Below the pieces are notes generated by a model that was not told the origin of the DNA, did no database searches, and saw only the letters and a program-made list of their open reading frames with translations. Positions 51,542 to 60,130 of a stretch of 64,000 nucleotides of DNA are shown piece by piece. A program made the translations under genes and the position numbers. Origin of the DNA: an uncultured Pseudomonadota bacterium (lineage in GTDB: Bacteria; Pseudomonadota; Alphaproteobacteria; Acetobacterales; Acetobacteraceae); NCBI GenBank assembly GCA_963777625.1, contig CAVZRO010000033.1:46235-110234 (forward strand). Direction: 5' to 3'. Each line of letters begins with the position of its first letter. Positions within the stretch are counted from its first letter, which is position 1.

Positions 51542-52912
51542 ATGCGCAGCTTTTCGATCCGCGCGGTCGCACTGACTGTCGCCCTGCTGTGCCCGCTTGC
51601 CGGATCGTCGCCGGCAACCGCACAGAAGGCATCCGCGGACCTCTCCGACGTCGTTGCGCCGTTGCTGGCGGAGGTTGTCAACGTCACTACTGTCCGGATC
51701 ACACCAACTCCACAAGGCTCGCACCGCGAAGTATTTGCCGGTTCGGGGTTCATTATCGATCCCTCAGGCCTGATCGTAACCAACAACCATGTGGCGGACG
51801 GGGCCGCCGAGATCACAGTCACCTTGCATGACAACACGATCCTGCCGGCGACGTTACTGGGGCAGGACGAGCTGACGGACCTGGCGGTGCTGAAAGTAAA
51901 ATCGGAAGCGCCGCTGCCGGCAGCGCAATTCGGTGATAGCGAAAAGCTGCGCGTCGGCCAGCCTGTCATCGCAATCGGGAATCCCTACGCGATCGGCACG
52001 TCGGTCAGCGCCGGCATCGTCAGCGCGCTCGGCCGCGACATGCGGGAAAGCCCTTACGACGACTATATCCAGACGGACGCCGCCATCAATCACGGCAATT
52101 CCGGGGGGCCGCTGTTCGACCTTGCGGGACAGGTGGTCGGTGTCAACTCGGTGGTGTTCTCGCCGAGCGAGCAGGGCGGATCGATCGGCCTGGGCTTCGC
52201 CGTCCCCTCGAACGAGGCACGCTTCGTCGCCACGCAGCTCGTCGAACAAGGTTTTGTTCGGCGCGGTTGGCTCGGTGCCCGCATCCAAAACGTGACCCCG
52301 GCGATGGCCGACGCGCTCGGGCTGCCGCGAGCCGAGGGCGCGATCGTGGTTGCCGTGATCGCCGGTAGCCCGGCCGCCAAGGCCGGGCTACAGGCCGAGG
52401 ATGTGGTCCTGACGTTCGATGGGCGCGAGATGACCGACTTCCGCATGCTGTCGCGGGCAGTCGCAACGCGGGAGATCGGCACGTCGGTACCGCTGACGGT
52501 CTGGCGCGATGGGAACAGATCGAACATGACCGTCATCGTCTCCGAACGGCCAGGCGATCGCCCCCGCCCAACCGGACCGGCCCCGGCAAGCCCGGTCGTC
52601 GCGGGGGACGATGCCACTCTCGGTCTTACGCTCGTGCCGCTGAGCCGTGCATTCCGGACCAGGTTCAGGCTGGACGACGCACAAACGGGGGTGGCGGTGA
52701 GCGGGGTGGAGCCGGACAGCGCTGCCGCCGACCAAGGGCTCCGGGTCGGCGACCTGATCGTGCGCGTCGGCCAGCAGATGGTCACCGCTCCAGCCGAGAT
52801 AAGCAAAGACATAGCCACCGCCCGCGGAGGGCGTCACGAGCATGTGTTGATGCTCGTCCAGGGGCAGGATGGGCTTCGCTGGGTCGCGCTGCGGCTGCGG
52901 ACCGGGGCATAG
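51542..52912 (+). CDS. DegP/HtrA-family periplasmic serine protease with PDZ domains
   Basis: Signal peptide; TNNHV (His), D..AVLKV (Asp) and GNSGGPLFD (Ser) triad motifs; PDZ-like C-terminus. Confidence 0.9.
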   Translation: MRSFSIRAVALTVALLCPLAGSSPATAQKASADLSDVVAPLLAEVVNVTTVRITPTPQGSHREVFAGSGFIIDPSGLIVTNNHVADGAAEITVTLHDNTILPATLLGQDELTDLAVLKVKSEAPLPAAQFGDSEKLRVGQPVIAIGNPYAIGTSVSAGIVSALGRDMRESPYDDYIQTDAAINHGNSGGPLFDLAGQVVGVNSVVFSPSEQGGSIGLGFAVPSNEARFVATQLVEQGFVRRGWLGARIQNVTPAMADALGLPRAEGAIVVAVIAGSPAAKAGLQAEDVVLTFDGREMTDFRMLSRAVATREIGTSVPLTVWRDGNRSNMTVIVSERPGDRPRPTGPAPASPVVAGDDATLGLTLVPLSRAFRTRFRLDDAQTGVAVSGVEPDSAAADQGLRVGDLIVRVGQQMVTAPAEISKDIATARGGRHEHVLMLVQGQDGLRWVALRLRTGA

Positions 52913-52913
52913 A

Positions 52914-52946
52914 AACAGCCGGGTGCCCTTAAGGCGCCCGGCTGTT
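52914..52946. terminator. strong GC-rich hairpin between convergent genes (bidirectional terminator candidate)
   Basis: AACAGCCGGGTGCC-cttaa-GGCGCCCGGCTGTT: 14-bp arms with one G-U position. On the minus strand it is followed by TTTCT. Confidence 0.6.
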
Positions 52947-52960
52947 CCTGTTCAAGTCAG

Positions 52961-53602
52961 TCAGAGTTTGGACGTGTGCTCAGGGGCAGGGACGCGCCTG
53001 GGCAAGCTGCTGGGAAGCCCCGCCGTTGCCGCCACCGGCCTCGGCAAGCTGCTGAGAGGCGCCGCCGTTACCGCCACCGCCGCCCTCGGCGAGACGAGTG
53101 CCAGCCCCGCCGTTGCCACCGCCACCGCCTTCAGCAAGCTGCTGCGAAGCCCCGCCGTTGCCGCCACCGCCGCCTTCAGCAAGCTGCTGGGAAGCCCCGC
53201 CGTTGCCGCCGCCGCCGCCTTCAGCAAGCTGCTGGGAAGCCCCGCCGTTGCCGCCACCGCCGCCCTCGGCAAGCTGCTGGGAAGCCCCGCCGTTGCCGCC
53301 GCCGCCGCCCTCGGCAAGCGCTGGGAAGCCCCGCCGTTGCCGCCGCCACCGCCTTCGGCAAGGCGGGTACCAGCCCCACCGTTGCCGCCGCCACCGCCCT
53401 CGGCAAGCTGCTGGGAAGCGCCGCCATTGCCGCCGCCACCGCCTTCGGCGAGTTGCTGCGTAGCGCCGCCATTGCCGCCGCCTGCTTCGGCCAGCGACGC
53501 ACGATTACAGTCGGTCGATTTGGTCTGCGCGAAGGCACTCCCACCAGTCATCGTAAGGCCAATCGCCAGGAGGGCAGACGCCGCTAACGTTGCGTTTCGC
53601 AT
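52961..53602 (-). CDS. secreted glycine-rich tandem-repeat protein (literal ORF; reading frame changes inside the repeat array)
   Basis: GAGGAG RBS, signal peptide MRNATLAASALLAIGLTMTGGSAFAQ, then AEGGGGGNGGASQQL-type 15-aa repeats. After a 1-nt deletion at 53319/53320 the same repeats are read as PRAAAAATAGLPSSL. The repaired frame would stop at 52980. Confidence 0.65.
   Translation of the reverse strand: MRNATLAASALLAIGLTMTGGSAFAQTKSTDCNRASLAEAGGGNGGATQQLAEGGGGGNGGASQQLAEGGGGGNGGAGTRLAEGGGGGNGGASQRLPRAAAAATAGLPSSLPRAAVAATAGLPSSLLKAAAAATAGLPSSLLKAAVAATAGLRSSLLKAVAVATAGLALVSPRAAVAVTAAPLSSLPRPVAATAGLPSSLPRRVPAPEHTSKL
52998..53485. repeat. tandem array of 11 units of a 45-bp repeat (two 42-bp end units, one 44-bp unit)
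   Basis: Units delimited by hand: 52998, 53040, 53085, 53130, 53175, 53220, 53265, 53310 (44 bp), 53354, 53399, 53444. Consensus ctcggcaagctgctgggaagccccgccgttgccgccaccgccgcc. Confidence 0.9.
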
Positions 53603-53714
53603 CCTTTCGGCTCCTCTTTTCTATTCGAGCAGGTCAGCCCCCCGCTCATAGGCATTCTTAGGGTCCGGTCACTTGTTTATCTCGTCGGTGACCTGGCCGC
53701 CAGAATATGGTCGT

Positions 53715-53739
53715 CGTGCAACCGTCTGCACGCTTTTTT
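53715..53739 (+). terminator. orphan intrinsic-terminator-like element (6-bp stem, 6-nt loop, T6) on the plus strand
   Basis: CGTGCA-accgtc-TGCACG-c-TTTTTT read directly. There is no plus-strand gene upstream, and a T6 run is rare in this window. Confidence 0.3.
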
Positions 53740-53887
53740 CACTGCGACTGCCCCGCATTCCCGCCATGCACGGGAGCCGATACCCCGGCCACGGGCGCTG
53801 TGCAGCAGGAAGGCGACCGATCGCGGTCTTCAACGACAGTTCGGTCATGAACTTCATACCGTCCAGAATAACCACCCCTCCCGCCTG

Positions 53888-54058
53888 TCAGATCTCGACG
53901 ACATTGCCGCGAGAGCCGGGCTGTAAAACCTGCGCATGGTAGTAGCCAGCGCCACCGCCATTTGCCGACGCGGCGGTGTGAGCCGCCGGAAGCACCGGGA
54001 TTGTCACGCCGGCCACGATGCCCAGAACTCCAAACAGCACTGTCAGAACTTTGGTCAT
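53888..54058 (-). CDS. small (56 aa) predicted secreted/membrane-anchored peptide
   Basis: GGAGG 6 nt upstream of ATG 54058. MTKVLTVLFGVLGIVAGVTIPVLPAAHTAAS-ANGGGAGYYHAQVLQPGSRGNVVEI: hydrophobic signal-like N-terminus, then a short Gly-rich tail. Confidence 0.5.
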   Translation of the reverse strand: MTKVLTVLFGVLGIVAGVTIPVLPAAHTAASANGGGAGYYHAQVLQPGSRGNVVEI

Positions 54059-54159
54059 CGTGGCCTCCGAAACCGGGTTGCTCCGTTCCTCGCCAACAAA
54101 TATCGGCGGAAACGTCGCCCGAGTCATTGAACCTCGTCACAGTCAAATGATGATACTTT

Positions 54160-55257
54160 TCACAGGCGAACGGTGACCTCGGTCACTCCGATGGGCCTGG
54201 CTGGCAGGACCCAGCCATCCAGAATTCGCACCTTGACGCGCTCACCCTGGGCTGGCGGGTCACCATGGTGAACGACATCCAATCCGTCGGGCACGATATC
54301 GCCCACCCCGACGCGGACCAGCCAGTGGCTCCCCTGGTACCGCGCGTCGATTACGTATCCCGACAGCGAATCCGATTGTCCCACCGGAGAGATGGCAAGC
54401 TCATGCGCGCGCACCGCCAGTGTGGCCGGACCGGGTGGGTGGCCGGACGGGGCGCGTACCGTGCGGGCGCATCCGCCGACGCGGACACTCGCTCTCCCGC
54501 CGATTGCAGGTGCAACCATGATTGCCGGCAGCAGCGTCGCGTTGCCGACGAATCGCGCGGCGTCGGCGCTGGCGGGGCGCTCATAGACGTTGCGGGGCGT
54601 GTCGCATTGCAGAATGCGTCCGCCCGCCATCAGCGCGATACGGTCTGCCAGGGCGAGTGCCTCGTTCTGGTCGTGGGTGACGTAGAGAAACGTCGATCCC
54701 AGCGCCGCGCGCATGGCGGTGAACTCGGTCTGCATGGCACCGCGCAGCGATGGATCGAGATTGGCCAGCGGCTCATCGAGCAGCACCGTCCCCGCCGACC
54801 TGGCCAGACACCGCGCCAGAGCGACACGCTGGCGCTGGCCGCCGGACAACGCGGCGGGACGACGGTCGCCATATTGCTCCAATCCGACCTGCCGCAGAGC
54901 TTGCGTCACCGCCTGGCGGCGCCCGGCCCTGTCGAGTCCGCGCTGTTCCAGCGCGAATCCCACATTGCCGGCAACCGACATATGCGGCCACAGCGCATAT
55001 GACTGGAACACGATCGCGATATCACGATCTTCCGCCGGAATGAAACGGCCCGGCGACGCGACCATCATCTCGCCGATCCGCACGCTGCCGGCATGCGGGC
55101 GATGAAATCCGGCCACCACGCGCAGCAGCGTGGTCTTGCCGCATCCGGACGCACCAAGGACCACCAGGAACTCGCCCGGCGCGACACGCAGGTCAACGCC
55201 ATCCAGCACGCGCACGTCGCCGAAGCGGCACGCCACGCCGGACAGTTCAATGCTCAC
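54160..55257 (-). CDS. ABC transporter ATPase (PotA/FbpC type with C-terminal TOBE-like domain)
   Basis: From GTG 55257 (GTGA overlap): ..LGASGCGKTTLLR..LSGGQRQRVALAR..LLDEPL.. Confidence 0.85.
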   Translation of the reverse strand: MSIELSGVACRFGDVRVLDGVDLRVAPGEFLVVLGASGCGKTTLLRVVAGFHRPHAGSVRIGEMMVASPGRFIPAEDRDIAIVFQSYALWPHMSVAGNVGFALEQRGLDRAGRRQAVTQALRQVGLEQYGDRRPAALSGGQRQRVALARCLARSAGTVLLDEPLANLDPSLRGAMQTEFTAMRAALGSTFLYVTHDQNEALALADRIALMAGGRILQCDTPRNVYERPASADAARFVGNATLLPAIMVAPAIGGRASVRVGGCARTVRAPSGHPPGPATLAVRAHELAISPVGQSDSLSGYVIDARYQGSHWLVRVGVGDIVPDGLDVVHHGDPPAQGERVKVRILDGWVLPARPIGVTEVTVRL

Positions 55258-56933
55258 CCCGACCACGGCAACATCCGCCGCGCCGACGCGGGCAGCAGCG
55301 CGGTCAATCCGGCAATCAGGAAGAGAAAAAGAAGACATAGCGCGGAGACGGCAGCGGCCTCGGCAATATTCCCGCCCTCGTTCAGGGAAAAGATTAACAC
55401 CCCTACAGTTTCATGGCCGGGCGACCAGAGCAGCGCCGAGACGGTCAGTTCCCCGAAAGCGGTCAGCAGGACAAGTATTCCCGCCGCCGCGGCGCCAGGG
55501 CCGAGCAACGGAACCGCAATGGCGAACAATCGGCGGAAGAACCGCGCACCCTGCGCACGGGCTGCCTCGTCCATCACCGGATCGATCCGTGCCAGGGCCG
55601 CCTGGACCGGCCGCACCGCCAGAGGCAGGAAGCGCGGGATATAGGCCAGCAGCATGATCCAGGGCGTGCCGTACAGCGACATCCGCAGCACCGGCAGCGG
55701 CCGGGAATAGAGCAGGATCATCCCGATCGCCAGCACGATGCCCGGCAGCGCGTACGGCGCGTCGATGATCGGATCCAACGATCCGATCAATCGGCGCAAC
55801 CAGTTGCGATCGCCCCATGACCGCAGCAGCGCAGCCGGGACCGCCACGACGACGCCGCACACCGCAGCAGCGCCCGCCAACCAGCCCGAGGTGATGAAGG
55901 CGCGCCAAGTCTCGGCGGTATGCAGCACGGTGATGTAATGGTCTAACGTCGCGGTGGCGGGCCGAAGCGGCACGCCGTATGCGCGCGACAGGGAGGTGGC
56001 GACAAGGGAGGCCAACGGCAGCACCATTACCACAGCAGACACCGCCACCAGCCCGAACGTTACAGGCACGCGCCAACCGCCAAGCTCGATCGGGCTCGTT
56101 CCGCCGGCAGCGCCGCCGATGGTGGCAGCATCGACGCGACGGGCGGCCCATCCGGTCGCCAGTGCCGCGACCGCCGACACTATCGCCAGGCCCAACGCCA
56201 GCGCGGCGGCGTTCGGCAACATGGCCGGGCCGAACCCGGTCAGGCGCTGATATATCAGTACGGCCAAGGTCGGATAGCGGGCGGGAATCCCGATCATCGC
56301 CGGAATCCCGAAGCTGCCGAGGCAGGCGACCACGGTAAGGCCGAACCCGGCGATCAGGCCGGGGCTGGCGAGCGGCAATACGATCCGCCGCAGCACGCGC
56401 GCTCGGCGGGCGCCGCCGGCCCGGGCCGCCTCGATGAGCTCGCCAGGTATTCCCGCCACGGCGGAACGTGCCGCCAGGAACACGATCGGCATGTGCTCCA
56501 CGCCCAGCAGAAGTGCGATACCCCAGCCCGAATAAAGCGCGTCATCAGCACCACTGAACCAGCCCGGCAACGGTCCCCCTGGTGACAGCATCTGCATCCA
56601 CGCCAGCGCGATGATCTGCGCCGGGATCAGCAGCGGCAGCAGCGCCGCGATCGACAGCACCCGGCGGGCGTGGGCATCGGTCAGCGCCACCACGACGGCG
56701 TATACGCCGCCAAGCGCCAGCGCCACCAGCGCGCCGCCAAGGCTGGTAACCATGGATCGCAGCAGCGCCCGCACCACCGAAGGTGACGCGAACACGGCGC
56801 CCGAGGCCCATACCGCAGCCGCGGCGAGCCGTAGCAGCGGCAGCAGGCTGAGCCATGCCACGACGACCGCCAATGCCACGCCAAGGAATGCCTCGGCCGC
56901 CGGCATCCGCCCGGACAGACGCCGGATGATCAA
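55254..56933 (-). CDS. two-module ABC permease (FbpB/iron(III)-type)
   Basis: 559-aa polytopic protein with two permease modules (two EAA-like loops: EAARAGGARRARVLRRIVLPL, EAARAQGARFFRRLFAIAVPLL). Confidence 0.8.
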   Translation of the reverse strand: MIIRRLSGRMPAAEAFLGVALAVVVAWLSLLPLLRLAAAAVWASGAVFASPSVVRALLRSMVTSLGGALVALALGGVYAVVVALTDAHARRVLSIAALLPLLIPAQIIALAWMQMLSPGGPLPGWFSGADDALYSGWGIALLLGVEHMPIVFLAARSAVAGIPGELIEAARAGGARRARVLRRIVLPLASPGLIAGFGLTVVACLGSFGIPAMIGIPARYPTLAVLIYQRLTGFGPAMLPNAAALALGLAIVSAVAALATGWAARRVDAATIGGAAGGTSPIELGGWRVPVTFGLVAVSAVVMVLPLASLVATSLSRAYGVPLRPATATLDHYITVLHTAETWRAFITSGWLAGAAAVCGVVVAVPAALLRSWGDRNWLRRLIGSLDPIIDAPYALPGIVLAIGMILLYSRPLPVLRMSLYGTPWIMLLAYIPRFLPLAVRPVQAALARIDPVMDEAARAQGARFFRRLFAIAVPLLGPGAAAAGILVLLTAFGELTVSALLWSPGHETVGVLIFSLNEGGNIAEAAAVSALCLLFLFLIAGLTALLPASARRMLPWSG

Positions 56934-57910
56934 CCGCCGAAATCATCCGTGAAGCGGAGCAGATCGGATTGCGCCTGCCGCAGAATGTCACTGATCGGCG
57001 GCGCGAGAATGTGGATCTGGTCACGCGGCGGAAAGCCCGTCGGGGGCGGCACGTCGGCCCGCATCGGCAGATAGCCCAGCGACGCCGCGAAACGCTGGCC
57101 GGTTTCGGACAGCAGGAAATCGACGAACGCCTTTGCGGCCGGGATATTGTGCGCCGTCGCGAGGATCGCCACCGGCTCGGTCACCACGGTCACGCCATCA
57201 CGCGGGAAGACGAAATCGATCGGCGAGCCGGCCCGCTTCGCGTTCAGCGCCATGAAATCCACCAGCACGCCGTATCGACGCTGGCCGCCGGCCACCTCGG
57301 TCAGCACCTGGCCGTTGCCCTGCACAGCGATCGCGCCGTTTTTCGCCAGCCGGTCGAAATAGGTCAGCCCAAGTCCCGGCAGCTCTGCCAGCGTGCCCAT
57401 GAAGATGGCGGCGGCGCCGCTATAGAGGGGGCTGGGCAGCACCACCTGGCCGTGCGCCGCTGGACCCAGCAGGTCGGTCCAGCTTTGCGGGCGAGGCGCC
57501 TTCAGGTTGTAAACAATGCCGGTGGTGATGAACTTGGTGCCGAAATACGTATGGTCCACGTCGTAAGCGGCGGCAGGCAGCCCCTGAACCTTCGCATCCG
57601 GGTAGCGCAGCAGGCGTTTGTCTTGTTTCAACCGCTCCATGCTCATGGCGTCGGCGATCAGCAGCACGTCCGGCCGCGGCGCGCCGGCGGCAAACTCGGC
57701 GGCGAGCCGCGTCATGATCTGCGTCGTCCCATCGCGGATGAAAGACACGGTCACATCCGGCGCGGCCTTGTGGAACGCGGCGATGGCATGTTCGGCATCT
57801 GCCGGGGGCTGAGACGTATAGAGCACGAGCTGTCCCGACTGGGCGCGAAGCGCGGCCGGCATACCCATCATCAGCACCGCCGCAAGCAGGGCTGCAACCA
57901 CGTGCTTCAT
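56930..57910 (-). CDS. periplasmic substrate-binding protein (Fbp/iron(III)-like family 1)
   Basis: Signal peptide MKHVVAALLAAVLMMGMPAALRAQ; ..LVLYTSQP..; 326 aa. Confidence 0.75.
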   Translation of the reverse strand: MKHVVAALLAAVLMMGMPAALRAQSGQLVLYTSQPPADAEHAIAAFHKAAPDVTVSFIRDGTTQIMTRLAAEFAAGAPRPDVLLIADAMSMERLKQDKRLLRYPDAKVQGLPAAAYDVDHTYFGTKFITTGIVYNLKAPRPQSWTDLLGPAAHGQVVLPSPLYSGAAAIFMGTLAELPGLGLTYFDRLAKNGAIAVQGNGQVLTEVAGGQRRYGVLVDFMALNAKRAGSPIDFVFPRDGVTVVTEPVAILATAHNIPAAKAFVDFLLSETGQRFAASLGYLPMRADVPPPTGFPPRDQIHILAPPISDILRQAQSDLLRFTDDFGG

Positions 57911-58056
57911 TTTCCGCCTCCGGCCGGTCGGCGAGCGATCAAGCCGGGCGAGGCGTGTCTGTCAACCGCCGCGGGATCGCGAACCGGCAGGCGGGACGTG
58001 CTATCCTGGTTCTGCCGCCCGGTTCACTCCATGCAGCGTCGAGGAGGCGTCGCGAT

Positions 58057-58419
58057 ATGTTCCAGGCCTATCGAACCATCGTGCTGGCGGTGACACTCGG
58101 CATCCTGGCGGGCTGCGGCACCACCCTGGCGCAGCGCCAAGCCAAGCTGGCACCCTTAATCGGACGCCCGGTGAACGACCTGATCCAGCAGCTCGGTGTA
58201 CCCAACCGGACCTATGATGCGCAAGGCGTGCGCTACCTGGCCTATGATGAACGCCAGGTCCAGATTCTGCCGGGCGTGCCGGGGCCCGGGCTTTGGTCCG
58301 GCGGTTGGTGGGGCGGCGGCATTCCGCCCGAGGTGGTGCAGTGGGAGTGCGAGACGACCTTCGCCGTCGCCGGCGGCATCGTCCGATCCTACAGCTTCCA
58401 TGGAAACGCGTGCGGCTAA
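58057..58419 (+). CDS. small lipoprotein, unknown function
   Basis: GAGGAGG upstream of ATG 58057; lipobox LAGC in MFQAYRTIVLAVTLGILAGCGTT. Confidence 0.65.
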   Translation: MFQAYRTIVLAVTLGILAGCGTTLAQRQAKLAPLIGRPVNDLIQQLGVPNRTYDAQGVRYLAYDERQVQILPGVPGPGLWSGGWWGGGIPPEVVQWECETTFAVAGGIVRSYSFHGNACG

Positions 58420-58425
58420 GGTCGG

Positions 58426-58626
58426 CTACCAACCGCCGAACCAGACGCCCACCCCGTGGACGATGCCTACCGGAAAGAACAGCGCGCCGGCAATCAACAA
58501 TGGGCGCAGACCGGCCGCGGAGCAGAATACGATCGAGGTCAGCCAGGCGGAATAGCTGAACAGGCCGAGGCCGAGGCAGACCGCCGCGGCGAGCGGCGTG
58601 ATCGGACCGTCTTTTCGAAGCTGCAT
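58426..58626 (-). CDS. small (66 aa) two-TM membrane protein, unknown function
   Basis: From ATG 58626: MQLRKDGPITPLAAAVCLGLGLFSYSAWLTSIVFCSAAGLRPLLIAGALFFPVGIVHGVGVWFGGW. Confidence 0.45.
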   Translation of the reverse strand: MQLRKDGPITPLAAAVCLGLGLFSYSAWLTSIVFCSAAGLRPLLIAGALFFPVGIVHGVGVWFGGW

Positions 58627-58746
58627 GTGGCCAGTCGCTCCCTGCCAGCGCCGAACGCCGCCGTGGAAAGTCCGAAGCGACAGCCTGCCTGTCAATGATA
58701 GACCGGCGTTGCCGCGCACGTAAAGAGTTCGCTGGCGTGACGGCCG

Positions 58747-59004
58747 CTATTGGCGGCGCAGCCAGGTGACGGACGCGAACGCGCCGAGCCACGAGCCGGC
58801 CGCGGCGAACAGCACGTAAACGACATTCTGGGTGTAACTGATGACTGCGAAGGCGGAGAGAAGGTACCAGATGCCACTCCAGTTGGCGGCCCACACGCGA
58901 CGACGTGCGGTGACGGCTGCGTTGAACAACACATAGACGGCATCGGTGACCGCCGTGCACACCAGCACGCCGGCGGCGATGGCCGGATCGATCGCGAGGT
59001 TCAT
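58747..59004 (-). CDS. small (85 aa) polytopic membrane protein, unknown function
   Basis: GGAGAA upstream of ATG 59004; three hydrophobic segments. Not recognised. Confidence 0.55.
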   Translation of the reverse strand: MNLAIDPAIAAGVLVCTAVTDAVYVLFNAAVTARRRVWAANWSGIWYLLSAFAVISYTQNVVYVLFAAAGSWLGAFASVTWLRRQ

Positions 59005-59314
59005 CGACGGTTCTCCGTGGATGGGTTGCCGGGCGATGCCCGACAGTGATGAGCGCTGGGTTCAGCCTATAGTGCAGCGATCGGGATGCCCGAACGAGCA
59101 TACCACCGCGAGCGGCAGGCGATGGCGGCTGTCGGCCAGTCAGCAAGCGCTGAGCGGCTAACCGGCGACATTCAGTATCTTGCCTTGCGCAAACACCGGC
59201 CGCGCGAAGGACGACGCCGCAACGGCCGCCAGGCCCGCCCAGCCTGTTGCGACGAGCCTCGGCGATCGCGCCAGGAGCCACATCTCCCATGGCCGGCGCG
59301 ACCGGCCGCCAAAT

Positions 59315-60130
59315 CTATTCATAAGGTGCAAACTGTTCGGCCCGCCATTTCAGCGCCGCTGCCAACCCTTCAGTGCGGCGTATCGAATCAAACTTGTCGG
59401 CCTCGGGCGAGCCGGTCGCGTCCATGATGGCCGAAGCTTCGGCGCCATACATGATGGCGCTGCGCAGCCCCATCGTCTCGAACGCCTGGTTGACCGAGCG
59501 CTTGTTCCATTTCAGACAATCCAGCGATACGCGCGACATACGTTTCGCGATCTTGGCGACCTCCTGATGGACGGTGGCTTTCAGGAACACCTTATCGACC
59601 AGACCCAGCCGGAACGCCTCGCTGCTGTCGAAACTGTCTCCGGAGTAAAGAAGCTGGCGGCAGCGCTGGCCGATCAGCCACGGCATGATCATGGTGGCGA
59701 TGCCGTTGGAAAATCGCGCTTCCACCGCGGCGAAGGTGGATGTGTCGGAACAGTAGCGGATATCGCAGCACATGGCGAATTCCAGCGCCCCCGCATAGCA
59801 GAACCCGTCGATCAGCGCGATCACCGGTTTCGAGCAGTCCCATACGGAGTAGGTGAACCGGATGTCCTTCTGCATGCGGGCGCGCCATTCAACCAGCGTG
59901 CGTTTGGGACGTTCCGCCGATTCCTTGATGTCGTACCCGGCCGAGAACGCCTTTCCGCCGGCGCCGGTGACGATCAGGACCCGCACATCGGGATCGGCGT
60001 CGGCCGTTGCGACGGCATCCATGATCTCGTCAACCAGTGGCTGGCTCAGGGCGTTATGCCGTTCCGGCCGGTTCAGCGTAATGGTCGCGACGCGGTCATC
60101 GACCGCATAGAGAAGGAATTGATAGCTCAT
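59315..60130 (-). CDS. enoyl-CoA hydratase/isomerase (crotonase) family protein
   Basis: VATITLNRPERHNAL..VLIVTGAGGKAFSAGYDI..; 271 aa. Confidence 0.88.
   Translation of the reverse strand: MSYQFLLYAVDDRVATITLNRPERHNALSQPLVDEIMDAVATADADPDVRVLIVTGAGGKAFSAGYDIKESAERPKRTLVEWRARMQKDIRFTYSVWDCSKPVIALIDGFCYAGALEFAMCCDIRYCSDTSTFAAVEARFSNGIATMIMPWLIGQRCRQLLYSGDSFDSSEAFRLGLVDKVFLKATVHQEVAKIAKRMSRVSLDCLKWNKRSVNQAFETMGLRSAIMYGAEASAIMDATGSPEADKFDSIRRTEGLAAALKWRAEQFAPYE

Noticed and set aside
52998-53485. The repeat array considered as a CRISPR array.
   Set aside because: The units are directly tandem with no spacers, are 45 bp long (a multiple of 3), lie inside an ORF with a signal peptide, and no cas genes are present.
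53669-53875. 68-codon minus-strand ORF in the spacer between the small peptide gene and the repeat gene.
   Set aside because: It has weak third-position GC bias compared with neighbouring genes, no RBS and no recognisable features. The region is kept only as an unexplained spacer.
59291-59307. GGCCGG-cgcga-CCGGCC hairpin 8 nt downstream of the crotonase stop, considered as a terminator.
   Set aside because: It has a short 6-bp stem and no U-tract on the relevant strand. It is plausible but too weak to annotate.
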